From Salpingoeca rosetta (taxonomy: Eukaryota; Protista; Choanoflagellata), in assembly GCA_033442325.1 (NCBI GenBank), contig JAWQFM010000020.1:1125446-1189445 (forward strand): a stretch of DNA of 64,000 nucleotides, written 5' to 3'. Shown piece after piece: positions 20,745 through 39,820 of the stretch. The position numbers and the translations under genes are program-made. The notes beneath the pieces are model-generated. The model had not been told where the DNA came from, ran no database searches, and saw nothing but the letters and a program-made list of their open reading frames with translations. The stretch's first letter is position 1. Every line of letters starts with the position of its first letter.

Positions 20745-21449
20745 ATGAGCGAGAGCACCGAGGATCACAGCGTGCGAGGACTCGCGCGTGCGCTGGGTGG
20801 TTCCATTCGGTTTGGACCGCGGCCTGCACAGCATCAGCAGAAGAAGAAGACAGAAGAGCACTCTCCGTTAGAGGTTGATGATGATGATGATGATGCCACA
20901 CACTCGTCGTCAGATCAGGAACCACCGGCAGCAGCGGAGCACGATGAACAACAGCAGCACCCGCACCATCACGGCAGCACCGAGGAAACAAGCGAAACAC
21001 GCCGGGTGCTGGCAGCGGATAGCGTGGAGACACGCGCTGAGGAGGAAGCAGGTGGAGACGATGCAGACAGCGCTGTTGACAAGGAACTCGTGATTTCATC
21101 GGATACGCTTCCAGAACGGCACAGCATCAAGAAGCCAGCACAATCAAAGGGCTCCCTCGGAGGTACGTACCCTGTATTTGTGTGTGAGTGAGTGAGTGAG
21201 TGAGTGAGTGAGTGTGTGTGTGTGTGTGTGAGTGAGTGAGTGAGTGAGTGAGTGAGTGAGTGAGTGTGTGTGTGTGTGTGTGTGAGTGAGTGAGTGAGTG
21301 AGTGTGTGAGTGAGTGAGTGAGTGTGTGTGTGAGTGAGTGAGTGTGTGAGTGAGTGAGTGAGTGATTTGTGTGAGTGCATTTAGCTGCGTAGTAGGCTAC
21401 GCGTTCGGGTGCGCTTTCGGCTGCGCATATATGTACATCGAGACACACT

Positions 21450-21540
<91 letters not shown>

Positions 21541-21795
21541 AAACTGGGTTTGTTCATGGACACTCGCTCGCTTTTCTTGCTGCCTTGCTTTGCAGACATC
21601 AACATCGCCCGGGAGTTGAAGATCAACCAGCGCCTGGCGGAGAAGAACATGGGGCCGAAGAAGGCAACCACAGAGTTTCGGCTCAAGCACGACAAAGTCT
21701 GCCACTCTGTCAGGAGGAAGCCAGAGGTCAGTGCAGCCCACCAACATGCTCACCACGTCACACCCAGCAACGTTATACACACACACACACACACA

Positions 21796-21828
<33 letters not shown>

Positions 21829-21853
21829 CGCACACACACACACACACAAACAA

Positions 21854-21911
<58 letters not shown>

Positions 21912-22190
21912 CATGCCGTGCAGCAGATGGCTTCGTTGTCGTGGTTCGTTGGTGCACATGCCTCACACATCTCATTGTTGTTGTCGTCGTCGCTGTCCCT
22001 GACCCTGTGTCTGCACCCTGCATTGCTTGCCTCACAGAGTGAGCTGGATGCAAAGCTTTCCCAACGCGCCAAGCAGTACGACGAATCATCTCCATCATCA
22101 TCCTCGTCGTCTCCGTCATCGTCAGCGCAGCAGAACGAATCAGAGCTCTCGTCTGCGTTTCTCAAGTTCAAGCGAAACGTGCAAACATGA
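20745..22190 (+). CDS. Small acidic/coiled-coil protein, FAM107 (DUF1151)-like, 3 coding exons
   Basis: Exons 20745-~21162, ~21596-21727, ~22038-22190 give ..IKKPAQSKGSLG/DINIARELKINQR..RRKPE/SELDAKLSQRAKQ..SAFLKFKRNVQT*. Resembles FAM107 LHRELLMNQKRG..SDLEIELLKRQQKL..PEFVKVKGNLRRT. Confidence 0.6.
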
Positions 22191-23134
22191 CCTAGCAGCC
22201 CGTAGCGTCACGCGTGGTTGCGGGTGTGGTGTGGGGTGGTTGCTGTCTTGAGCGTGCTCTTGACTCACACCAGCGGTGCGGGTTGTGGGATATGTTTGTT
22301 TGCATACAAGCAAGTGAGTTGCGTGCGTGCATGTGTTCGATTGCTGGTTTGCACATGTGCGGGGAATTGTATTTCATATCTGTAAAAGAACGAACAGCGT
22401 CAAGAGGAACAACAACACCACCACACCACACAACAACAACGCCACACAACAACAACGCGCAGGAGTATCAACGAGCAATACAAACATGCGCACACATCAC
22501 AAACACAGGCTAGCAAGCAAAAGGGAGAGAAGGGAGGGAAAGGAGGACAGAAACGAGAAGCGGCAGCAGCCAACACTGACAGTGGCAACAGGAAGACAGA
22601 AAGAAGAAAAACGCCAGCGAGCAATATCCCGTTGCAAGCACCGCCCCCTTCCTCAACACGTTGCATGCGGTTTGAATAGGGACGAGGGAGAGCAGGTGCA
22701 AGCAGCAAGCAAGTGGCGCGTGGATTACAGCAGAGTACATTATGCACGGAAAAGAATTGAGATTGGGGGGGGGGAAGGGGCAGACGAAAGAAGAGAGTGG
22801 CAGTTGACATAAGAAGCGAGTGCACTTGATGCTTTGGACGAGCGGAAGAAGGAAAAAAGGAGGGCGGAGGTGGAAGGCGAGTAACATGGCACCACGCTGC
22901 AAAACATGTGGTAAACAGCAACAAGTGCAATCGTCACATGCATGTCATGCGCACGCACGCACGACAATAGCTGAGAGAAGGAGGTAGAGTAGTCAAAGGG
23001 ACAGAGAGAGAGAGCAAGGGGGGGGGGTGTTATGTGCGTGGTGGTGGTGGTGGTGGTGGTGGTGGTGGTAGTGAGCGGGAGAAATCACAGCCACCACCAC
23101 GATACGCACACGTGCAGGACTGGCGGTCAACAGA

Positions 23135-24175
23135 TTACATGACGGGCATGCTGCCAAGGCCAGCCTGGTTGAGGTTCCTCTCGATGATGATGTCGCTATC
23201 GTGGTGGTGGTGGTGGTGGTGGTGGTGGTGGTGGTGTTGGTGTTTGTGATGATGAGATGAGGTGGAACCATGTTGTGTGAGAAAATATGGGTGAGGCTTG
23301 AAGCAAGGACAAGTCCACAAGAAAGCAACAGTTGGTCGCAGTGACACGGAGAGATGAAGCAGAGCACTTGTCACGTGTGGAGGCGAGCGAGCAATCAACA
23401 GGTACACGGCGATTGGTACCACCACCAGTGCATGCACGCACGCATTACCTGACAGAGTCGAAGACGTGTCGGATGTTGCTTGTGTCTGTTGCGCAGGTGA
23501 AGTGCTCGTAGATGGTCTTCTTTGGGTTTCTGTTGAGGGCGAGGAACTTGGAGAGAATGAACTTGCGGGCGGCTGCTGCGTCGTTGGGCGGGCCGTCGTA
23601 CTCGGGGAAGTACTGCGACAGCGGCGTTCGCGCAATCTTTTGCGAAAACAGATCCTGTCAGCAGCGGTGGCGGTGGTGACGGTGGGGAGTGGAGTGAGAG
23701 TGGGGAAGTGAAGAGGGGATTGGCAGTGGACAAGAGTGAGAAGTCGTCACAGCGGCAGGAGCATGAACAGAGCACATGCGACATGGGAAACATGTCAAAC
23801 ACGAAGGCGCGCACATGCAGCATGAGGGCACCAGCACGTGCATGATGACGACGGTGCACGCGCGACCAACCGTTTTGTTCAGGAAAAGGATCATGGCTGT
23901 GTTGAGGAAGAACTTGTTGTTGCAGATGGCATCAAACAGCGTCAGGCTCTCGTGGATCCGGTTTGTCTCCTACACACACACATATACACACGTGTTGGGA
24001 TTGGGTGAGGCAAGAACAGGCAAGTTGCCACACGAAGAGCAATGTGTACTCGGTCACCGGCGCGGCACACTGATACACTGACACACCGGCACGGCCATGC
24101 ACACACACACTGATACACTGACACACCGGCACGGCCATGCACACACACACTGATACACTGACACACCGGCACGGC

Positions 24176-24212
<37 letters not shown>

Positions 24213-24897
24213 CGACACCACCAGTGCAGTGTGTGGCGCACCTGGTCCTCGTAGAGCTTCATGTCATAACCGCTGAGGGCGGCGACAAAGATGACGGCAG
24301 TGACATCGTCAAAGCACTGGATCCACTTGCGCCGCTCAGACCGCTGCCCGCCAACATCAAACATGCGGTACGTCAGGTCCCGGTGCGTAAACTTGGTCTC
24401 GATGATGCCCGTCGTTCGCACACGCGCACGCAGCACATCCTGGCAAGCAGAACAATACAAGATATTTTTGTTTTGGGGGGGGGGGAGAGGAGGAACAGGG
24501 GGCAGGCAGTTGAGACAAAGCAAAGCCATTGTGCACAGTGTATGACGAACGAACATGCCCATGAAACGAGTGCCTACCCCTTCCTAAGTTTCACACCTCA
24601 CAAGAAAGCAGCCGGCACTCGAACAATTCCCACCGCCACCACCATCCCCTCCTCTACTCTTCCGCCGCAACCATCGCCCCCAACACCATCCCACTCGTCC
24701 ACCACTGGCGAAACAAGCAGACGCGTGGCGGGCGGCACCTGCTCTGTGGGCATGTAGCTCGGAGAGGAGATGCGGTCGATGCTGTTGAAGAAGTATTCCG
24801 CAGAGTCGTTCAGCTGGTACTCGTTTGATCGCCGGAAGCACTCCTGAACGAAAGAGAGAAAGATAGAGAGAGAGAAAACGAGAGGAAGAGAAGGAAT

Positions 24898-24935
<38 letters not shown>

Positions 24936-25673
24936 AAGAGAGGAGAGAGAGTGTGTGTGCAGCAGCAGGGATGCCGTGGGTGTTGGTGGTGAGTAGGTAA
25001 GTAGGCGGGTGTGTGCATGCATATGTGATATGGGTGTGTGTGTGTGTGATGACGAAACAGGTGGCTGCACGCATCACAGTCGGTGAAAAGAACCCCAACG
25101 TTCCACACTAACTCGCCCACAATACTGTGTATGCAAACTGGTGGCGCAGTTCCAACCACGCCACTGAAACTGTTGTGCGAAACGACGTGCATATGCCAAT
25201 ATCCCTTTCCCCTCAGCTCTCCCCCTTCTTCCTCATAACCCCAAACGCGCAGATGAACTCACTTGGACACCGGAGTCGGCCCAGAGGCTCTTGAGCGCCG
25301 CTGTGAGTTCCGGGGTGAGCTGCCCTTGCGAGCCTGACTCGACATATGTGAGGACGGCCTTGGCGTGGACGCGGTTGGCCTGGTCGCCGAGGTCAATGAA
25401 CAGCGCACCCATGGCCTCCAGCACGGCGCGCATGGAGTGCACGAGGTTGTCTGCGATGGTTGGTCTGTAGCTGCGCAGCTCCTCCTGGGTGAAGCCGTCA
25501 CCATGAATGATCTTCATCTGCTTCACCAGCGTGCTCTTCCCAGATTCACCGGCACCAAGCAGCAACAACTTGATGGTTTTGCTGGCGGCGGCTCTGTCTT
25601 GGTCGAGCTGTCTGTCAAGCGCTGCGCTACGTGCCGCAGCAGCTTTCTGTTCCGCACTCATACAAATGCCCAT
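23135..25673 (-). CDS. Heterotrimeric G protein alpha subunit, Gv-like class, 6 exons
   Basis: MGICMS lipidation motif; G1 [22 protein letters not shown]; RVRTTGI; [12 protein letters not shown]; ILFLNKTD; HFTCATDT; ends [20 protein letters not shown]. Confidence 0.95.
24066..24180. repeat. ~42-bp tandem repeat (about 3 copies) in G-alpha intron
   Basis: Unit CACACTGATACACTGACACACCGGCACGGCCATGCACACACA. Confidence 0.8.
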
Positions 25674-26606
25674 CTGCAGTCAACCAGCAGCAGCAGCAAC
25701 AACAGCAGCAACGACAACAGCAACGACAGCAAATAGCAGCAGCAGACGGCAGCGGAGAAGGGTGTGGGTGAGGTTGAAATGAAGACGCCACACCCATTGC
25801 AGCAGCGCATGCAAGGCGGCAGTCGTACAGGACGCAGACTGTTGTTGGCATGTGTGCCCGTGCACAACATCACGCTGCTTCAACCATGTAAATCGCTTGC
25901 TTCGCCCTCCTCCTCTTCTTCATCGTCATGCTCCTCGTCCTCCTCGTCATCATTCGCAGCAGGCACCCCCCATACGACGAGCAGCTGCGGTTGCACCAGC
26001 CTCAACACACACACACACACACACGTACACACACACACGCACACTGGGTCTCTCTGTCTCTCGTATCCTCTTGGTCACGCTCTTGGACTGCAGTCAAAGG
26101 GACAGCTGCAGACGTACCTTTGTGGGTTGTGTTGAGTAGGGTGTATGCTGTGGTTGTGTATGTGATTGGAAGTCCTTGTTGTTGATGCAGAGGTGTGTCA
26201 GTCTGTGCGTATGTGCAGCTCTCGTGAGGAAGCGCACAGCCGGTGAGGACACGGCAGCGGCAGCAGCAGCAGTACTGGGTGACGCCGACGAAGGTCACAC
26301 GGCGAGGGAGGGATTGAGTGAGCAGCAGGTCAGCGACCAAGTCAAGCGACCAAGTCAAAGCGACGGCAGCGACGGCAGCAGCGACGGAGGCCACGAAGCA
26401 CAAGCAGCGTGGGCGGGTGGTGGTGGCGTGTGAGCGAGGTGAAGCAACCAGCACACAACGACGACGACGAACGACGAACGACGAACGACGGTGATAAGAA
26501 TTTGAATTTTTCATGCATTGGTGGAATCTCCACCTGAAATTAGGGACCATTGTACCTCATATACACTTTGTGTTGTCGGGACCGATAAGGACAGCGGACC
26601 TCCACG

Positions 26607-29890
<3,284 letters not shown>

Positions 29891-30272
29891 CGATGGTGCG
29901 GGAGTGGCGGCGGTGATAAATGTTGCTATTGTTGCTATTGTTGCTGCTGTTACTGCTGTTATTACTACTACTACTGCTGTTTTGTTGCAAGGGTGGCAGT
30001 GGTGATGCATTGTTGTGGTACGCAGCGTTGTGGCTGATGAGGACGGATCAGATGTTTAAGTTAGCAGTTGTCGTGTGTTTCCAAGCGTCGTCATCGTCAT
30101 CATGATGGTGTTGTTGGGAGGACTTGAAGTTGACGTGCTGGGCTGAGGCCGAAATAAACAAGCTTGCTGCACTTGTCCAACTCGTCCACACGATTACCAC
30201 CACAGCACATGAACCTCACCGTCACCACCATTCCACGTCACATGAACTTCACCGTCACCGCACCATTCCACG

Positions 30273-30767
30273 TCACTGTCTTCCGCCACCTCTTCCTCGC
30301 ATCCCGCTGCTCAGTCGTCCACCACCACGACCACCACGACCACCACGACCACCACGACCACGACTGCCTTTCCCTCTGCCCTTCATACCCCCACCTCTCC
30401 CCTTACCTCTCACCCCACCTCTCCCCCTCCCACCACCGCCACCACCGCCGTGTGCTTGCTGCTGCTCGTCCTCCACCTGCTGCTTCTCGTCGTGTCGGCG
30501 CTGCATCGCCCGCCGCTGCTTCGGCCGCTTCCGGTGCCGCGTCGCGTCGTGCGAATCCTTGAACCTGTCGGAGGGGGCGACGATGGTGGCGATGGTGACG
30601 ATGGTGGCGATGATGGTGTGAGGATGGATGTGCAGTGGTGGCGTGTAGGTGAGCGCATGCAGGATTAGCTCAAACAGTCGTCATTGGTGGGAGAACGACT
30701 GCAAGTACATCAGCAACGCAGAGATAGTTATAGAGAGACAGAGAGACAGAGAGACAGGCAGGCAGAC

Positions 30768-30840
<73 letters not shown>

Positions 30841-32121
30841 TACAGATACACACACACACACACCGATGCATTGTGCGTACTTTTGCGGGAGGTTGCGGGA
30901 CTGGGCGCGCATGACGCAGCCCTGGGACAGGCGGTGTCCCTCCGCGCACCACCAGCGGCGCAGCTTCGGGAACATATGCGCCGGCACGTAGCAGTACCAC
31001 AGCGACACAAATGGCGACGTGATTAGCTCCTGCTGCCGCACATTCCGCATCCCTTGCGGTGTCTCAAACCGATACCTTGTGGAGGGGACACAGCGTTTAC
31101 GTGTGTGCGTGCGTGCATGCGAATATTAAGGTGAGAGGCACCCGGGCAGTGATACCACGACCAGCCGCACAGCAGAGCACATCGCTGTGCACATCACATC
31201 ACCCACGTAACTTGCACGCATCACATCACATCATCACATCACCGCGACCGACCTGTGGGATGGCGTGATGAAGAAGCAGCCCTCGCCCAGCCGCTCACGT
31301 GCGGCTTGGTAGTACGGCTTGGTGTACACGTACACAGGCTGCAGGATGAAGAACGGCTTGCCCATGTCGGCGAGGAACTGCATCAGCCTCTTGATGTGGT
31401 TGTATGGCTCCGTCGAGTACGGCGGGTTTGTGATCAAGATGTCATACCTGAATGAGCAAGGAGGGGGGGGGGGGAAGGAGAAAGGGAACACAGCCAGAAC
31501 AGGTTGTGTTGGGGTGGTTGAGAGAGACTCAAAGTTGTGCGCTGTAGGTTTGGGCTATGTGCGATGGCTGCGTACACGAGCGCGCTTGCAAGAGGAGGTA
31601 CAAGCAGCGTTCAGGACGCAAGTGGTGAGAGAGTGTGTGCAGCAGATTGCGCCTTGCACGTACTCTGGGATATTGTTGGTGCGGATGTCTTCGTAGAAGT
31701 CGGAGTTGCGGTTGATGATGTTGGGGAAGCCGCAGCTGGCCAGCCTCTGCTTCATTGCGCCCGCACAAAAGTATGGGCTACCAACGAGGTGGTGCATTGT
31801 GTGTTGAGTGTGTGTGCGTTGAGTGTGTGTGTGTGTTGAGTGAAGCGGGGATGATGAACAGTGGCATTAGTTGAGCGCAACAAGGCACTAAGCACAATAA
31901 AGGCAAACACAGACACACACACAGACACACACACAGACAGACACACACAGACAGACACACACACAGACACACACACAGACACACGCACAGACACATGAGG
32001 CGTACTCGTAGATGGTGACGGAATCGTCAGTCTTGCCACACATCTCTGCAATCGCAGACACGACGGGAGCAATGTCTGCGTACGCCTCCCGTGGCGTCTC
32101 GCAGTGATCCGATGCTGGCAT
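30273..32121 (-). CDS. Putative SAM-dependent N6-adenine (amino) methyltransferase with NPPY motif and C-terminal RGG tail, 5 exons
   Basis: MPASDHCETPREAYADIAP..TIY/PYFCAG (motif I-like), NSDFY, YDILITNPPYS (NPPY at 31417-31428), GKPFFILQP, RYRFETP, TSPFVSLWY, then GGRGRGGVRGKGRGGG..RGGRGGRGG. Confidence 0.75.
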
Positions 32122-32529
32122 CGCCAAGGCTCTCACCAACAGCAAGCGCAACACCAACAGCACCAACACGTGCACACTGCTTGCTGCTTGTTTGCTGCTG
32201 TATTGTGTTGCCTTGTTGCTTGCTTCTTTCCAGCTTGGATTTATTTTTGGTGGATACAAGGGCGACTGACTGGTGGTGCTGTGGATGTGGTGCTGTTGGT
32301 GGTGCGAACACGAGAGAGACAGACGCAGGAAGGACAACAAGCAAAGGCGACACACGCACACACACGAGCAGAAGGAAGAAGCAGCAGCAGGCAACGCACA
32401 GCGCGTGTTGGAGGAGGAAGACAGGTTCACAGGGTCAACACAAGGAGAAAAGGCGCCAAGCCACACACCACGCTCATTAACCAACGTGCAGCACACTGAA
32501 ACACGCAACGACATCACCAACAAACGGTC

Positions 32530-32803
32530 ATGGATCGCCTTGCAGACCTGCGAGAGGTGCGTTGAATACGTGTCCACGTACATGGGTGTCGGCATCTTGA
32601 CGCATGCGTTCTGGCGCTTGTGGCGCACTGAGCCATACACTGCGCAGGCTGCAAGGTGAAGCCTTGGCTGCTTCGTGTGCTCATGCATATCTTCACGCCT
32701 CCCCGCTACAAATACAGTTGGCTGGAACAGTGGCAGACGACGAGGAGCCCGAAGAGCAGAACAAGGATGAGGTTGGTGCAGTGTGTTCGTGTGTTTGCAT
32801 GTA

Positions 32804-32852
<49 letters not shown>

Positions 32853-33110
32853 GTGTGTGTGTGTGTTGTCTCGATAATCATGCGTGCACGCGCATATGTG
32901 TTTGGAATGAGCACAGCACAACGTGGTCTGCCTGTTGCCGTTGCATGTGCACACACTGACGGCGGTGCTGCGCGCCATGTTGTGGTGGGGAGCAGGTGAC
33001 GGTGCAGGTGGACGGCGACAAGCAGGCTGATGAGGAGCCATCGCCCTTCATGTCAGACTTCTTCGATCTGGTGCGCGCATCAAGCATGCCCACTTGCTAA
33101 CATTGCCATG

Positions 33111-33209
<99 letters not shown>

Positions 33210-34349
33210 AGGCGCAATGACTTCTACCCTTGCCTTGGATCGATCGCGGTGGCAGTCTGTTTGAACGCTCACACCCTCGTCCGTGGTGGCGTCTGGCGGC
33301 GCTTTCGGTTGCCACAGGTCAAACGCATCATCGAGGACATCAGCACCATCAACCAGCAAATTGACATGTGCGTGCTGTGCTGCCTGTCAATGTTGTGGAT
33401 GACGCGCGTGTTGTTTGCGTGTGCATGATGCGAGGATTGTTTGTGGATGTGGATGTGTGTGCATGGTACACGTGTTGTGTGTACTTGTGTATGCGTGTCG
33501 TTTATGTGATTGTGTGCACTCGGTGCGCTTGTCTGGTTAGCATCACCTCACCTGCTCCTGTATCTGCACGTGGCCGGTGATGGCGCAGCCTGGCGGTCAA
33601 GCACGAGCAAGTCATCGCCGAGGCCAACTCAAACAAAGCAAACGGTAATCGTGGTGGGCCTGCTGTGCCCGCGTGCTGGCCGTGTGCTCATGTTGCGTGT
33701 GCGTGGTGATGTCAGTGCGGCGGTGTGTTGTAGCGCTTACGTTTGGTGTCGTCACGTCACAACCCCGATGCGTCACGTGGTGTGGGTTGACAGAGATCAA
33801 CAAACAACTACATGAGCACATGGACAACATCAGCGCCATCGCAAACAGAATACGCCGAGACCTCAAAGGTGTGTGTGTGTGCGTGCGTGCGTGTGAGCAT
33901 ATGCACTTGTGTGCGTGTGCGTGTGCGTGTGCGTGCGTGTGTGTGCGTGTGCGCGCGCGTGTGTGTGCGTGTGTACATGTGTGTGCGTGTGTGTGTCTTC
34001 GCGTTGATTGCCTCGTCTCACATCACCTCTGTGTCCACCACCACCACCACCACCACCACCACCATCAGCGATTGAGCAAGAGAACAAGCGTCTCGGGAAC
34101 CAGAAAACAAATGTGTTTGAAGACGGCACCGTCTCCACAGAGCTCCGTATCCGCCAGTCCCAGCACTCCACGCTCAGCCGCAAGTTTGTCGAGGTCAGCA
34201 CATGGTGTGATTGGTGTTGTTGGTGTTGATTGGTGCAATGGTGCGACTGTGCTGATTGGTGGGCCTTGCGATGTGATTGACGTGATTGCTGTGATCGCTG
34301 TGACTTTGAGAGGGGTGTCCTTACACCACGCTTTTCGTGTTTGTGTGTG

Positions 34350-34444
<95 letters not shown>

Positions 34445-34771
34445 GTTTGTGTGCGTGTGTTTGTGTGCGTGTGTTTGTGTGCGTGTGTACAGGTGATGAC
34501 GCGCTATAACGATGTGCAAGCGCAGAACAAGCAGAAGTACTCGGAGGCCGTTCGGCGCCTCTGCTACGTCTGTAAGTACACCATTCCATCGCCACACGTG
34601 GTGTTGGAACATGTTCCATGTACGTGTGCGTGCGTGTGTGTTTGTATGATTCAAACAGTCGCAGCCCCTCTCACATCACCACCATGACGGCCAGGCGATC
34701 CGACGATGAGCGAGGAGTCTGTTCAGGTCGTGCTGGAGCACGGCACCGCAGGCGTCTTCTCCGGCCTCAGG
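32530..34771 (+). CDS. Syntaxin-1-like Qa-SNARE, only N-peptide + Habc + linker present (SNARE helix and TM absent from this sequence)
   Basis: MDRLADLRE (N-peptide), FMSDFFDL|[32 protein letters not shown]|[24 protein letters not shown]|[35 protein letters not shown]; nothing syntaxin-like afterwards. Confidence 0.88.
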
Positions 34772-34978
34772 GTACGGCAAAAGGGGGCGAGGGGGGAGCG
34801 ATGATAGTGATGCCAATGATAGACGGATGGATGGATGGATGGATGGATTCCTGGAGAGGGCGCTCAACCTTTAAATCCGCACACAAACACATACACACAC
34901 GTGCAGTCACGTCAAATTCACCATCACAATCCCACGCGCGCTTGCGACATGGCCACATGCGTGTGTGTGTGTGTGTGC

Positions 34979-35057
<79 letters not shown>

Positions 35058-35076
35058 TGTGTGTGTGTGTGTGTGT

Positions 35077-35499
35077 TCCCTTTCTTCAACTGAGCCTCCT
35101 TCAGTTTCCTGTGGCACAATAACAGAGGCACAACCGCTAAAGTGAAAACCGCGCTGCACCAACGATGTGGGCACCAAAGTAGCACCACCATGACACGCAC
35201 GCACATACACACACACGCACACACACACGCACACACGCACATACACACACACGCACACACATACAAGTTCTAATGTCTTACTTGTTCTTGCCTGCTGCCC
35301 TTGCCTTCTTGTATGCCTCATTGCCGTGCGTCTTGTGATGGTCCGCACGCTCTGGTGGTGACGGGAGAAGACACGCGCGCACACATACACAGCGGTGGTG
35401 TTTTCATGTGAGGAACGCTGTCGATTTCACAATGACTCACATCAACACCAATGTGTGTGGTGGTGTTCAAGGAGATTCCGAGCACCCGATCCAATGTGC

Positions 35500-35570
<71 letters not shown>

Positions 35571-36311
35571 GCAACACACAAAACATCCCCACCAATGGGC
35601 GTCAGTTCTGCAAACATCTCTTGCAGGGCAGAGAGATGGGGGTTGTTCACATATTCTTCCTTGGTTGGCTCGTGCGTCATGAACAGCGGGTGCTTCTCCA
35701 TTTCCTGTTGTGATTGAGAGTGAGAATGCAGGGTCATTGGGAGAGGGGAAGAAAAGGTGGATGAGCAAGGTGGAGATCACAAATGGGGTTCGTTGTGTAC
35801 AACTCACGCACATGCTACGTGCACAACAACAACAACTTAAACAACAACGCATACAATGTGCGGACACACGTGGCACCTTGTTTTGGTAACAGCGAACCTT
35901 AGCATTTGGATCAGCCTTTACACACACACACACACATACACACACATATGAACACACATACACACACACGCATGCACACACACATGCACACACATGCACA
36001 CACGCATGCACACACATGCACATACACATGCACACACGCATGCACACACACACATGAGTACGTCGTACCTCCTCAAAGTTTTCCTCCGTCCAGTGGCCTG
36101 GCCGCCGTTGTATTCTGCCTTCCTTGTATGCCTTGAAGAACTCATCGTCGTCCAGCATGGCAGCCTCCTCCGTTGTCAGCACGCGCACCTGCTTCTTCTC
36201 CCCATCGCTGCCATCGCCGCCTTCCTTCCCCTGCGTCGCTGCCTGCGCAGCAACCACGTGCTGCTCCTTCCCTTCTTCGTCGCCTCGCGGCTGTTCTTTG
36301 GGCGCACTCAT
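35077..36311 (-). CDS. TTC4: TTC4/Cns1-like TPR co-chaperone, 5' exons only (rest absent)
   Basis: WTEENFEE|[23 protein letters not shown]|[16 protein letters not shown]..|KLKEAQLKK matches TTC4 EFEKVPLFM..NPDLACLQ..AKTYKDEGN (start of TPR1), then runs into (CA)n. Confidence 0.75.
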
Positions 36312-36354
36312 ATTCGCTATTCTTTGTACTGTCGTAAAGCGTAAATACATGCAT

Positions 36355-36366
36355 ACTGAATTCAGT
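36355..36366. promoter_or_regulatory. Perfect palindrome ACTGAATTCAGT in the TTC4/RAE1 divergent spacer
   Basis: 12-bp palindrome in a 130-bp head-to-head spacer. Confidence 0.4.
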
Positions 36367-36441
36367 TTTTCGCCAGTGCAAGCAAAGACAAGCAGAACGA
36401 GCGAGCTGAGCGAGAAGCACCGTCACCACCTCCAGCCAACC

Positions 36442-39326
<2,885 letters not shown>

Positions 39327-39820
39327 CACACACACACACACAGAGCGCGCATACGCAATTCCTCCACCGTCTTCTTCTTCCACGTGCGTTTGGCTCATCC
39401 CTACACTGCTTCTGCTTTGATGTTTTGTTTCTTTGCATCAGTAAACCATTACCCGTACAGACATGTGATGTGATTGCTCTTCATTTATTTGAAAGAAAAA
39501 CGCAGAACTCAATTGGGGGAACGATGTGCGTTGATGCCCAGCAACAACAGCATCATCAGCAAAGTCAAACACAAGTAGGCAGCTTGAACCAACAACAGGC
39601 CAAACCAAACAACACCCCTCACTCACGCTTCTGCAAAGCAGCCATTGTCTATCCCTCACTCAACACACCACCGGCACAGTGAAATAACACTGTCGCACGT
39701 CTGCAACAACCGAATCAGCGCCTTCCACACCTCAATCGAAACACACAACAGAACCAATCCATGTTGTGAGCCACCATTTGCACCACCACCACCACCACCA
39801 CCACCACCTCCGCACATCCT

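Noticed and set aside
26176-26433. Short + strand ORF between G-alpha and CoA-transferase
   Set aside because: No ATG context or family motif; probably G-alpha 5' UTR or promoter.
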